This document shows positions 51,151 to 59,809 of a stretch of 64,000 nucleotides of DNA, piece after piece (position 1 is the stretch's first letter; the number at the start of each line of letters is the position of its first letter). Below the pieces are notes generated by a model. The model was not told the DNA's origin, searched no databases, and saw only the letters and a program-made list of their open reading frames with translations. The translations under genes and the position numbers were made by a program. This DNA comes from Acidobacteriota bacterium (GTDB taxonomy: Bacteria; Acidobacteriota; Terriglobia; Terriglobales; Acidobacteriaceae): NCBI GenBank assembly GCA_003225555.1, contig QIAM01000015.1, forward strand, positions 34,924-98,923. Direction: 5' to 3'.

Positions 51151-53125
51151 GCGGCGAAGCAGCCGGCTCCTTTCCTGGATGATTGCAGGCATCTTGATGG
51201 CCACGACGCCGGCTTTTGCCGGCGATGCTCCGCAGTGGATGCACGCCCTGGTGAATGCCCCGCTCCCCACTTACGACGACAAGACGGATGCGGTCTTGCT
51301 GTATTCGGAAACCAACGTGAGCGTGGTCTCGACTGACAAGATCAAGACTCAGGTTCGCGAGGCGTACAAGATCCTGCGGCCGAATGGCCGAGATCGCGGG
51401 ATCGTGCACATATATTTCAATCCCGAGCGCAAGATCAAGAGTCTGCACGGCTGGTGCATTCCCGCACAGGGCAAGGACTACGAGGTCAAGGACAAAGATG
51501 CCACCGACGTAGCTTTGAACCACGGCGGGGAACTGGTGGATGACACGAAGTACAGAGTGCTGCAAATCCCCGCAGCCGACCCGGGCAACATCGTTGGCTA
51601 CGAGTACGAGACCGAGGATCGTCCCTTTTTCCTTCAAACGATCTGGTATTTCCAGGAACTCGATCCGGTGAGGGAAAGCCACTACTCTCTGCAACTTCCC
51701 CCTGGTTGGGAGTTCAAAGCCTCCTGGCTGAATTCTTCTGAAACCAAGTCGGTCGAGTCTGGAAACAACCTTTGGAGATGGACTGTTAACGATGTTAAGA
51801 GCGTGAGGCAGGAACCCGGCATGCCTCCTCTTATGGGTGTTCTCAGCCAGATGGTGGTTACTTTCTTTCCTGCCGGTGGACGAGTTCCCAATGGGTTCGC
51901 CGCATGGGACGACATGGGCAAGTGGTACGCCACGCTAGTCAGAGATCGCATCGCCCCCTCGACGCAGATCAAGGACGAGGTGGCCACTCTAACTGCGGCG
52001 AAAAATACTCCTCTGCAAAAGATGCAAGCGCTGGCGAATTTTGTACAGCATGACATCCGTTACGTTGCCATCGAACTCGGGATTGGAAGCTATCAACCCC
52101 ATGCGGCTGCCGACGTGTTCTCGCACCGGTACGGAGACTGCAAGGACAAGGCCACGTTGATGCGTGTGATGCTGCGCGAGATCGGCGTGGATTCGTACCA
52201 CGTTGTGATCAATAGCCGGCGTGGCTCCGTTACCGCCGATACGCCCGCGCACAACGGATTCAATCACGTGATTTTGGCAGTGAAGGTGCCGGAAGGGGTC
52301 GCCGACGCTTCCCTGATCGCCACCATGCAGCATCCTAAGCTGGGAAGGATTCTGTTTTTTGATCCCACAAATGAATTCATCCCGCTCGGACAGATCCCGG
52401 GATATCTGCAGGCGAACTATGGATTGCTGGTCACCTCAGATGGCGGAGAGTTGGTGGAGCTGCCAATGCAGCCCACGTCGATGAACAGCATCTCCCGAAC
52501 TGGCAAAATGACCCTGGACCCAACCGGCCGAATAAGTGGACAGGTGAACGAAACCCGGCTGGGAGCACGCGCTTCCTCGGAGCGATGGGGTTTGCGAGAC
52601 GTTGCCAAGGATAGCGACCGCATCAAGCCGATCGAAACGTTGTTGGGCGGTTCGCTGTCAAATTTTCGCATTACCCATGCGACCATCCTTAACCTGACGC
52701 ATACTGACCTGCCTTTTGGGTTCGACTACTCCTTCGAATCTGAGAATTACGCCAAGAATGCCGGTGGCCTCCTTTTGTTGCGACCGCGGGTGCTGGGAAT
52801 CAAGGCTGAGGCAATCCTTGAGACGAAGGAACCACGTAAGTTTCCCATTGAGCTTGACGAGCCCACACGCGATACCGATACCTTCGAGATCTCGATTCCG
52901 CTGGGCTATGTCGTAGATGATCTGCCGCCCGCAGTGGACTCGGATTACAGCTTTGCCAGTTATCACTCCAAGACGGAAGTCAGCGGAGGCGTGATTCGCT
53001 ATACGCGCACCTTTGAGGTGAAAGAGTTGAGCGTGCCGGTGAATCGCGCCGAAGAGCTGAAGAAGTTCTACCGCATCATCGCCAGCGACGAGCGCAATAC
53101 GGTAGTACTGAAATCGCGCAACTAG
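51101..53125 (+). CDS. secreted DUF3857/transglutaminase-like protein with intact Cys-His-Asp triad
   Basis: RYGDCKDKA (Cys codon 52139-52141), FNHVILAV (His 52265-52267), FFDPT (Asp 52361-52363). An alternative start is ATG 51179. Confidence 0.8.
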   Translation: MKNKCYCSPLLQALATRRRSSRLLSWMIAGILMATTPAFAGDAPQWMHALVNAPLPTYDDKTDAVLLYSETNVSVVSTDKIKTQVREAYKILRPNGRDRGIVHIYFNPERKIKSLHGWCIPAQGKDYEVKDKDATDVALNHGGELVDDTKYRVLQIPAADPGNIVGYEYETEDRPFFLQTIWYFQELDPVRESHYSLQLPPGWEFKASWLNSSETKSVESGNNLWRWTVNDVKSVRQEPGMPPLMGVLSQMVVTFFPAGGRVPNGFAAWDDMGKWYATLVRDRIAPSTQIKDEVATLTAAKNTPLQKMQALANFVQHDIRYVAIELGIGSYQPHAAADVFSHRYGDCKDKATLMRVMLREIGVDSYHVVINSRRGSVTADTPAHNGFNHVILAVKVPEGVADASLIATMQHPKLGRILFFDPTNEFIPLGQIPGYLQANYGLLVTSDGGELVELPMQPTSMNSISRTGKMTLDPTGRISGQVNETRLGARASSERWGLRDVAKDSDRIKPIETLLGGSLSNFRITHATILNLTHTDLPFGFDYSFESENYAKNAGGLLLLRPRVLGIKAEAILETKEPRKFPIELDEPTRDTDTFEISIPLGYVVDDLPPAVDSDYSFASYHSKTEVSGGVIRYTRTFEVKELSVPVNRAEELKKFYRIIASDERNTVVLKSRN

Positions 53126-53192
53126 AAGAGCTCCAGCTTCCAGCTTCAATTACGCGATCGGACCTATCCTCTTGACTCCATTGGCAATATTC

Positions 53193-53230
53193 AAAGGCGC
53201 GGCCTCCAGGCTGGCGCCTTTTGTGTTTTC
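53193..53230 (+). terminator. intrinsic terminator after the transglutaminase-like pair
   Basis: AAAGGCGC (53193-53200), 13-nt loop, GCGCCTTT (53214-53221), then tgtgttttc. Confidence 0.5.
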
Positions 53231-53240
53231 AGGGGAAATC

Positions 53241-53340
53241 ATGGGACGTGCAGGGAAATTTCAGACTTACAAGCTACGCGGGGAGTGGGTCGAGTTTGGT
53301 GTTCATGACCGACGCGGCCGAGCGCGGTTTCCAACAATAG
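53241..53340 (+). pseudogene. frameshifted, truncated remnant of a PD-(D/E)XK-type small endonuclease-like gene
   Basis: Frame 1 reads ...YKLRGEWVEF. Shifting +1 at about 53295 gives LVFMTDAAERGFQQ*. Together these resemble the KGEWAEL.FM.RAAE.GF N-terminus I recall for this family. A stop follows about 37 codons in. Confidence 0.3.
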
Positions 53341-53406
53341 CAAAGAAATGTGAGCCGCTGGCGGGAATCGTGAGTCCTGATTAATAAGGAACATTCCCGC
53401 CTTTAA

Positions 53407-55260
53407 TCACTTCTTCACAATGATCCCCAGCTCTTTCAGTTGCTTCTCTCCCACCGGCGTGGGAGCGTCCACCATTAGATCGACGGCACGGGCAGTCTTG
53501 GGGAACGGAATCACTTCACGCAGACTCTCAGCGCCTGCCAAAATCATGACGATACGATCAAGGCCGAGCGCGATTCCTCCGTGCGGAGGGGTGCCGTACT
53601 CCAGCGCCTCCAGGAAGAAACCGAAGCGGGCCTTCGCTTCTTCCTCGGACATGCCAAGCGCGCGGAAGATGCGGCGCTGCACGTCCTGGCGGTGAATACG
53701 GATGGAGCCCGAGCCCAGCTCGGTTCCGTTGAGCACGACATCGTAGGCGAGCGCGCGGACTGCACTCAACGGCGATTGCGGATCATTTACCGATTCGACG
53801 CCCTTCTCCAGCAGGCTCATGTCTTCCTCATGCGGCGAAGTGAAGGGATGGTGGGCGGCATTCCACTGCTTCTCGCCTTCGTACCATTCGAACATGGGAA
53901 AGTTCGTGACCCACAGGAAGCGGAAGTCTTTCGCGGGATCGCCGCTCTTCTTGAAAAGACCGTGGCGCTCGGCATACTTCTGGGCGAGCGTGATGCGCAG
54001 CAGGCCGGCCGACGCGTAGATTGCCAACTCGCTGGGCGTCACCTTGCGGTGGGAGGGAAGCGCAGTCTGCTCGCCGGTCTGCGCCGATCCGGCGACGACG
54101 ACGAGCAGGTCTCCGGCTTGCGCGCGGGATTTGGCTGCGATTTTAGCCGCGGCATCGGGAAAGTTTTTCTCGATGCGTTTGAAGTCTTCGAATACCTTGG
54201 CGCCGCCCTTCGAAATGAAAAGCGGCTTGACGCTGTCGCGTTCGGCACGCGAGAGTTCCCCTACGCTTGGAATCCGAATCGCAACCACGGGCAGATTCTG
54301 ATTCACCGCAAGCTGCTGCAGATTCTCGGGCGCAAAGCATTCCCGAACATCAGTAAAGGCCGGCAGCCGCAGGTCGGGCTTGTCGATGCCGTAGAGACGA
54401 ATGGCTTCGTCGTAATCCATGCGCGGGAACGGCGTCTTGATTTCAAGCCCGGCGGCCTTGAAAGCAGCGACCAGAAATCCTTCCACCACTTCCCAGACGC
54501 GCTCGGGCTGCGGATAGGACATCTCCAGATCGATCTGCGTGAACTCAGGTTGGCGGTCAGCGCGCAGATCCTCATCGCGGAAGCAGCGCACGATCTGAAA
54601 ATACTTGTCGAATCCAGAAATCATCAGAATCTGCTTGAACATTTGCGGCGATTGCGGCAGCGCGTAGAACGCGCCCGGCTGCACGCGGCTGGGGACGAGA
54701 TAGTCGCGTGCGCCCTCAGGCGTGGATCGCGTCATGAATGGGGTTTCGATTTCGAAGAATCCCTGGCCCGAAAGATAGTCGCGAATCGCCTTGGCGACTC
54801 TGTGGCGCATCTCGATATTGAACTGCATGACGTCGCGGCGGAGGTCGATGTAGCGATATTTCAGGCGCGTCTCTTCGTTGGTGAGCGCCGTGTCGCTGGG
54901 CAGGAATGGCGGCTGCTTCGAGTCGTTGAGAATGCGAATCTCGTCGGCGACCAGTTCGACCTCTCCGGTCGGAATGTTCTTATTAATAGTGTCTGCGTCG
55001 CGCAGCTTCACTGTGCCGAGCACAGCGATCACGTATTCGTTACGTAGTACATTGGCCTTGTCGTGGGCAGCGGAATTCAGTTCGCGATTCAGCACGACTT
55101 GTGCGACACCGGTGCGGTCGCGCAAATCGATGAAGATGATGCTGCCGAGGTCGCGGCGGCGATTCACCCACCCCATGAGGACGGCCTTTTTACCTGCGTC
55201 GGATGGGCGCAGGGCGCCACACATGTGCGTTCGTCGAAGATCACCTAGGAAATCGAGCAA
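53407..55260 (-). CDS. aspS: aspartate--tRNA ligase
   Basis: OB-fold N-domain, FRDEDLRADRQPEFTQID, GGIALGLDR. Bacterial-type insertion domain is present. Confidence 0.96.
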   Translation of the reverse strand: MLDFLGDLRRTHMCGALRPSDAGKKAVLMGWVNRRRDLGSIIFIDLRDRTGVAQVVLNRELNSAAHDKANVLRNEYVIAVLGTVKLRDADTINKNIPTGEVELVADEIRILNDSKQPPFLPSDTALTNEETRLKYRYIDLRRDVMQFNIEMRHRVAKAIRDYLSGQGFFEIETPFMTRSTPEGARDYLVPSRVQPGAFYALPQSPQMFKQILMISGFDKYFQIVRCFRDEDLRADRQPEFTQIDLEMSYPQPERVWEVVEGFLVAAFKAAGLEIKTPFPRMDYDEAIRLYGIDKPDLRLPAFTDVRECFAPENLQQLAVNQNLPVVAIRIPSVGELSRAERDSVKPLFISKGGAKVFEDFKRIEKNFPDAAAKIAAKSRAQAGDLLVVVAGSAQTGEQTALPSHRKVTPSELAIYASAGLLRITLAQKYAERHGLFKKSGDPAKDFRFLWVTNFPMFEWYEGEKQWNAAHHPFTSPHEEDMSLLEKGVESVNDPQSPLSAVRALAYDVVLNGTELGSGSIRIHRQDVQRRIFRALGMSEEEAKARFGFFLEALEYGTPPHGGIALGLDRIVMILAGAESLREVIPFPKTARAVDLMVDAPTPVGEKQLKELGIIVKK

Positions 55261-55348
55261 GGGGATTCCTTACAGTGAGAATGCGGCTGGTTTGCCGAAT
55301 TCTGGATTATAAACGTTCTTTTCCTGGTCGACTCAGGCTGCCAAACAC

Positions 55349-55434
55349 CATTAACCACCAAGGACACGAAGGCGCACGAAGGAAACCCCGAGAATTCATA
55401 CCTTCGTGTAACTTCGTGCCCTTTGTGGTTAATG
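55349..55434. repeat. long imperfect inverted repeat (hairpin element), cacgaagg-motif class
   Basis: cattaaccaccaaggacacgaaggcgcacgaagg - 18-nt loop - ccttcgtgtaacttcgtgccctttgtggttaatg. Lies upstream of aspS. Confidence 0.85.
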
Positions 55435-55539
55435 AATTTTGCCGGAGTGAGATCACTCACCGGACGACCCACAAAACAGAAAGACTTCAGCCCGACGGCT
55501 GAAGCCCGCACCTGCAAAATCGCTGCCCTTCTGCGATGC

Positions 55540-56088
55540 CTACTTTTCCCTCGTTGCCTTCCCGTCTACCACTGTCGTCCACTTCGCACCGTCGGACGAC
55601 GTCTCATAGGTGAAGGTGTAAGAGGTTGAGGAAGTCATCTTCATGACGAATCGTCCCTTGACGACGGTGTTGCCCATCTTCTCATCACTGGTCCAGGTCC
55701 AGGTATCGCCATCGAACGAACCTTTCGAATCCATGGACTCGCCCCAACTGTTGAACTCGCGGTAAGTGTAGGCCTTGTCATCGGCAGAGTAGCCCATCAC
55801 TCCCATGCCAGAGCCGTTGCCCATGCTGGCACTCTTGAAGTCCACATGACATACCAGGAAGAAGCCGCCGTCCATCCACTCGCATTTCTCATTCTCGCTC
55901 ATCTTGCCGCCTGGTCCCATGGGATTCGGCTTGACCTCTCCCTCCAGCGCCCACGAACCCGCCAGTACGTCGAGTTTCTTGTGCTCCGGACCCGGCTTGG
56001 GCGGTTCCGTTTGCGCAAGTGCCGCCAGGCCCAGCAACAGCCACACCGCCGAGGTCATGGCTGTTCGCTTCATGGCTGTTCGCTTCAT
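55540..56088 (-). CDS. secreted DUF1579-family protein
   Basis: Signal peptide from ATG 56088. LAGSWALEGEVK...MDGGFFLV...TWTWTSD is typical of DUF1579. Confidence 0.72.
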   Translation of the reverse strand: MKRTAMKRTAMTSAVWLLLGLAALAQTEPPKPGPEHKKLDVLAGSWALEGEVKPNPMGPGGKMSENEKCEWMDGGFFLVCHVDFKSASMGNGSGMGVMGYSADDKAYTYREFNSWGESMDSKGSFDGDTWTWTSDEKMGNTVVKGRFVMKMTSSTSYTFTYETSSDGAKWTTVVDGKATREK

Positions 56089-56292
56089 GCCCGCGTCTCC
56101 TTGAACGTTACTTGCACCGCCAGTTCCTGTCCGTCGACCACCCGGCGAGGGAGGAATGACCTGCCATTCGGCACTGATATTAGGCGCGCTCCCATATTGA
56201 GTCAACGCCCGCTATGGATTAGACGCGTTGCCGGGGCAGGCGTTTATTCCAGAAATATTCAACAGTTGACTGTTGATCGCAAATCCTTGCAT

Positions 56293-56766
56293 CTACCAGT
56301 CTCCCCAGTGCGTAGGCGTGGTCTGCTGGAATTTGATCTTCCATTGATCGCCCTGTTTGATCCAAGTAGAACTCCAATGCTGATACCGTGGAGGCGCGCC
56401 CTGATCTTCTGCCGGAGGAACCTGCATGACCACGTCGTAGGTTACGATGGCCGCTGCGTCGCCAAGTTCGACTACTTTGACGTTGTATGGCATCACATTC
56501 ACTCCGCCCGAACCCAATTCGCCGAGGGTCTCCTGGCGGTCATGCAGCTGTCCGTCAAAGCCAACCAGGGAATAGTCGTCCGTCAAGGTCCGCTTGAAAT
56601 ACTCAGCATCGCCCTTCTTGGCTGCAGCGATGAAGCTTTTCTCGGCGGCAACCAGGGCCTGCTGCGTCGGCGTCAGGAGCTTGGGCGGAGTGGTGGTGGT
56701 CTGCCCGAACGCGAGCATACCGAGAGAGCCGCACAACAGGACAGCGAAGATGCGATCCAGTTTCAT
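56293..56766 (-). CDS. secreted NTF2-like (DUF4440/SnoaL-type) protein
   Basis: Signal peptide from ATG 56766. AAEKSFIAAAKKGDAEYFKRTLTDDYSLV...STWIKQGDQWKIKFQQ. Confidence 0.65.
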   Translation of the reverse strand: MKLDRIFAVLLCGSLGMLAFGQTTTTPPKLLTPTQQALVAAEKSFIAAAKKGDAEYFKRTLTDDYSLVGFDGQLHDRQETLGELGSGGVNVMPYNVKVVELGDAAAIVTYDVVMQVPPAEDQGAPPRYQHWSSTWIKQGDQWKIKFQQTTPTHWGDW

Positions 56767-56832
56767 AGGAGCTCCTGTAGTCGATAACCGAAGCCTGCTT
56801 CGGACAATCGTGACGCGCAAATCCGCAGATCG

Positions 56833-58110
56833 TCAATTCTGGCCAATTTGCCGTGGCAGGTCCGCCCGCGGCACCGAGACCTGCTCACCCGTCGCTAGAT
56901 TCTTCAAGGCGAAAGCGTCGGCTTTCACTTCATTCTCGCCCACAATAAGGATGTACTTCGCCCCCGCTTTCGTCGCAACTTCGAACGACTTCTTGAGACG
57001 GAAGCTCTCATCTCCAAGTTCAACCACGAGATCGTGATGACGCAACTCACGGGCGAGGCGGGCTGCCTCTGGGTTCGTGCCGGCGCCCAGGGGCGCGATG
57101 TAAACATCAGGCTTGCGCACGACACCCTCGGCCGACTCCTTCAGAGACATTACCAGCCGATCTTCGCCGATGGCGAAGCCAATGCCGGGAGCCGCGGGGC
57201 CTCCCAGCGATTCGGAGAGGCCATCGTAGCGTCCACCGCCAAGGATCGCATTCTGCGCTCCGAGTGCACCGTGTGTGAATTCGAATGCGGTGCGTGTGTA
57301 GTAATCCAGACCGCGAACCAGCCGGTCGTTCAACGTGAACGGCACGCCCACCGCTTGCACGATTGCCTGTACTTTCTCGAAGTGTTGACGGCACGGCTCG
57401 TCGAGAAACTGGCTGATACGGGGAAGTTTCTCGATGATCGGCTGATCCTCCGGAACCTTGCAGTCGAAGACGCGCAGCGGGTTGGTCACGGCGCGGCGCT
57501 GGCAATCGACGCACATTCTTCCCACCACCGGCTCAAGCGCTTTCCGAAGAGCCTCGTTGAAGGCGGCGCGATCGTTAGCGCAACCGACTGAATTCAGTTC
57601 CAGATCCCAATCCGTGATGCCCAGGCGATCGAGCAGCGTGGCCAGCATCTCGAGGATTTCGGCATCGCGCGCTGGAGACTCGCTTCCCGCCGACGGCGGC
57701 CCAATCACCTCGGCGTCGATCTGATAGAACTGGCGATAGCGTCCCTTCTGTGGACGCTCGCGTCGGAACATCGGGCCGATGCAATAAAGCTTGTTCAGTC
57801 CGCGATCACCGAGTTTGTGCTCAATGTAGGCTCGGACGATGCCAGCCGTGGCCTCCGGACGAAGGGTCAGTGATTGACCTTTTTCGCTCGCTGCTCGCCC
57901 GCGATCCTCCCATGTGTACATTTCTTTGGCGACGATGTCGGTCTCTTCGCCGACGCTGCGGGCAAACAAAGCCGTCTCTTCGAAGATGGGCGTACGAATC
58001 TCCTGGAAGTTGTAGGCGCGGAACACATCACGCACTGCGGATTCGACGAAGTTCCACAACGCCGTTTCCGGCGGGAGGAGATCGCGCGTTCCTCGGACAG
58101 ATTTGATCAT
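56833..58110 (-). CDS. hisS: histidine--tRNA ligase
   Basis: VRGTRDLLP, LRPEATAG, FRRERPQKGRYRQFYQ, GGGRYDGL. Confidence 0.96.
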   Translation of the reverse strand: MIKSVRGTRDLLPPETALWNFVESAVRDVFRAYNFQEIRTPIFEETALFARSVGEETDIVAKEMYTWEDRGRAASEKGQSLTLRPEATAGIVRAYIEHKLGDRGLNKLYCIGPMFRRERPQKGRYRQFYQIDAEVIGPPSAGSESPARDAEILEMLATLLDRLGITDWDLELNSVGCANDRAAFNEALRKALEPVVGRMCVDCQRRAVTNPLRVFDCKVPEDQPIIEKLPRISQFLDEPCRQHFEKVQAIVQAVGVPFTLNDRLVRGLDYYTRTAFEFTHGALGAQNAILGGGRYDGLSESLGGPAAPGIGFAIGEDRLVMSLKESAEGVVRKPDVYIAPLGAGTNPEAARLARELRHHDLVVELGDESFRLKKSFEVATKAGAKYILIVGENEVKADAFALKNLATGEQVSVPRADLPRQIGQN

Positions 58111-58149
58111 GTCAATTTCGAGTCTAGTTTTCGGTTTCCAGATTCAATC

Positions 58150-58368
58150 TGTCATCCTGAGCGGAGCGAGCTCGAATGAGCTCGCGCAGTCGAAGGATCC
58201 CTTGCAGCTGAACCCGCCTCCGGACCACGCAGCGATTTTCATGACGGCCGGCTCGCATCGAAGACCGTGCCAGAATACCCTTCACCGCTGACATCTCCGA
58301 GGCGCGGTAGGGATCCTTCGACTGCGTTGCCGCTCGCTTCGCGAGCGGCAACTTCGCTCAGGATGACA
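58150..58368. repeat. inverted pair of long-form gtcatcctgagcg...gcagtcgaaggatccct elements, each with a nested hairpin
   Basis: Arm 58150-58206 and arm 58309-58368 share the termini tgtcatcctgagcg and gcagtcgaaggatccct. Their internal hairpins differ in sequence. Confidence 0.85.
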
Positions 58369-58387
58369 TATCCCAACTGGCTACTGG

Positions 58388-58906
58388 CTACTCGGCACTG
58401 CCCTTCAAATACTCATTCTTATATCCCAGATAATTCCGCGCGTAGCGCATGATCGTTTCCTGCTCGGCGGCATCCAGCTTCCGTCGAAACTTGCCCGGAG
58501 AGCCCATCCACAACGATCCTGGCTCGACCACGACTTTCTCGGGAATCAGGGTACCGGCGGCAATGATCGATCCCGCCCCCACCTTCGCCCCGTTCAGAAT
58601 AATCGAGCCCATGCCGATCAGGCAGCGGTCTTCGATAGTGCAGCCGTGCAGCGTAACTGTGTGTCCCACGGTAACGTACTCCCCAAGAAAAACGCCGTAC
58701 TGCTCTTTCATTCCGTGCAACACGCTGTTGTCCTGGATATTCGAATGCGCGCCAATGCGGATCGCGTGCACGTCGCCTCGGACAACCGCGTTCATCCAAA
58801 CGCTGGCGTGCTCGCCGAGAACGACGTCTCCGATAATTTGTGCGGAGTCGTCGACGTAGCAGGTTGCAGGAATGCTAGGACTGACACCTTTATACGATCG
58901 AATCAT
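58388..58906 (-). CDS. gamma-class carbonic anhydrase-like / left-handed beta-helix (hexapeptide) protein
   Basis: Start ATG 58906. VWMNAVVRGDVHAIRIGAHSNIQDNSVLH... is a YrdA/PaaY-like hexapeptide pattern. Confidence 0.85.
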   Translation of the reverse strand: MIRSYKGVSPSIPATCYVDDSAQIIGDVVLGEHASVWMNAVVRGDVHAIRIGAHSNIQDNSVLHGMKEQYGVFLGEYVTVGHTVTLHGCTIEDRCLIGMGSIILNGAKVGAGSIIAAGTLIPEKVVVEPGSLWMGSPGKFRRKLDAAEQETIMRYARNYLGYKNEYLKGSAE

Positions 58907-58962
58907 TCGCAGTATTTGGATCAGGGCCGCCCATGAATTCAGAGGGCGGATCATTTTTGGGT

Positions 58963-59027
58963 GGCGCAGCGCTTCAAGCGCCGCGGTAAGCGTTGCATCA
59001 TCAGATCAGGGCTTTAGCCCCAGAGGT
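58963..59027. repeat. dual-hairpin REP-like element (third copy, diverged)
   Basis: ggcgcagcgcttcaagcgccgcgg...agggctttagccccagagg. Same loop sequences (ttcaa / ttta) and same trailing agagg as the 46707 copy. Confidence 0.6.
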
Positions 59028-59277
59028 CGCTCCGCAACCAGAAAGGAAACCATACCACGTGAGGTCGTCCATTCGTAAGTCGGCATTCCCTGAGCCATCG
59101 CAGGGGGATGAATGTCATACCTCAGGGATTCGCCTCGTTTCTTGAGAATACGCCGGATCACGCATCGAAAATGAGCCTCAAGAAGTGCCAAGCTCGACTC
59201 CAGTCTCAAAATGAACCCCCTTCCGCGCCAAGTTGTGCTTAGCCGACACAATGTCCAGAAATTTCGACGGCTACCCC

Positions 59278-59305
59278 TTGACTTCAGATTGAAACCTTGT
59301 AATAA
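59278..59305 (+). promoter_or_regulatory. weak sigma70-like promoter candidate for rpsU
   Basis: TTGACT (59278-59283), 16-nt spacer, TAATAA (59300-59305). Confidence 0.25.
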
Positions 59306-59344
59306 CTATTCGGTCCATCCGGACGAGTTTGGGGGTGTGTCAGT

Positions 59345-59542
59345 TTGGCGGAAGTTCGACTTCAAGAGGGAGAATCTCTGGAGAACGCGCTGCGCCGCTT
59401 CAAGCGCAAGGTGCAACAGGAAGACATCATTAAGGAGGTCAAGCGTCACTCCTTTTATCTGAAGCCTGGCGAGAAGAAGCGTGTGAAGGCCGCGCTGGCT
59501 CGTAAACGCGCACGCAAGAAAACGCGCAAGGAACAGGACTAA
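59345..59542 (+). CDS. rpsU: 30S ribosomal protein S21
   Basis: TTG start. VRLQEGESLENALRRFKRKVQQEDIIKEVKRHSFYLKPGEKKR. Confidence 0.92.
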   Translation: MAEVRLQEGESLENALRRFKRKVQQEDIIKEVKRHSFYLKPGEKKRVKAALARKRARKKTRKEQD

Positions 59543-59549
59543 GCATTAA

Positions 59550-59574
59550 GGGTCGCCCCGTCCCGGGGCGGCCC
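59550..59574 (+). terminator. GC-rich hairpin after rpsU (weak U-tract)
   Basis: gggtcgccccg-tcc-cggggcggccc, an 11-bp stem with one G-T pair. The tail tgctcaatttgg is poor in T. Confidence 0.3.
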
Positions 59575-59809
59575 TGCTCAATTTGGCCCCCACCAAAGTG
59601 AGCTGCAGCAGGGGATATTTCATACTTATCATTTCAACACCGGCATTGAAGCAGTAAAAGCAGCGCCCATGTGCCGTTCCCGGCGCGTGGAGGGCCGAGT
59701 CCAGGGGCAGTTTGAGGGGGAGATGTACACAACCTGTATTTCTCCGTCACCACCGCAGCTACTTCCCCGCGTTGGGAGCGCGGAGAACGGGCTGAAGGAG
59801 CCATCCTCA

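Noticed and set aside
59006-59251. 81-aa minus-strand ORF with a faint HicA-like stretch (VIRRILKKRGESLRYDIHP).
   Set aside because: It lacks the GSH/HP core spacing of HicA. Its C-terminus is encoded by the REP-like element at 58963-59027, and no HicB-like neighbour exists. The similarity is too weak to call.
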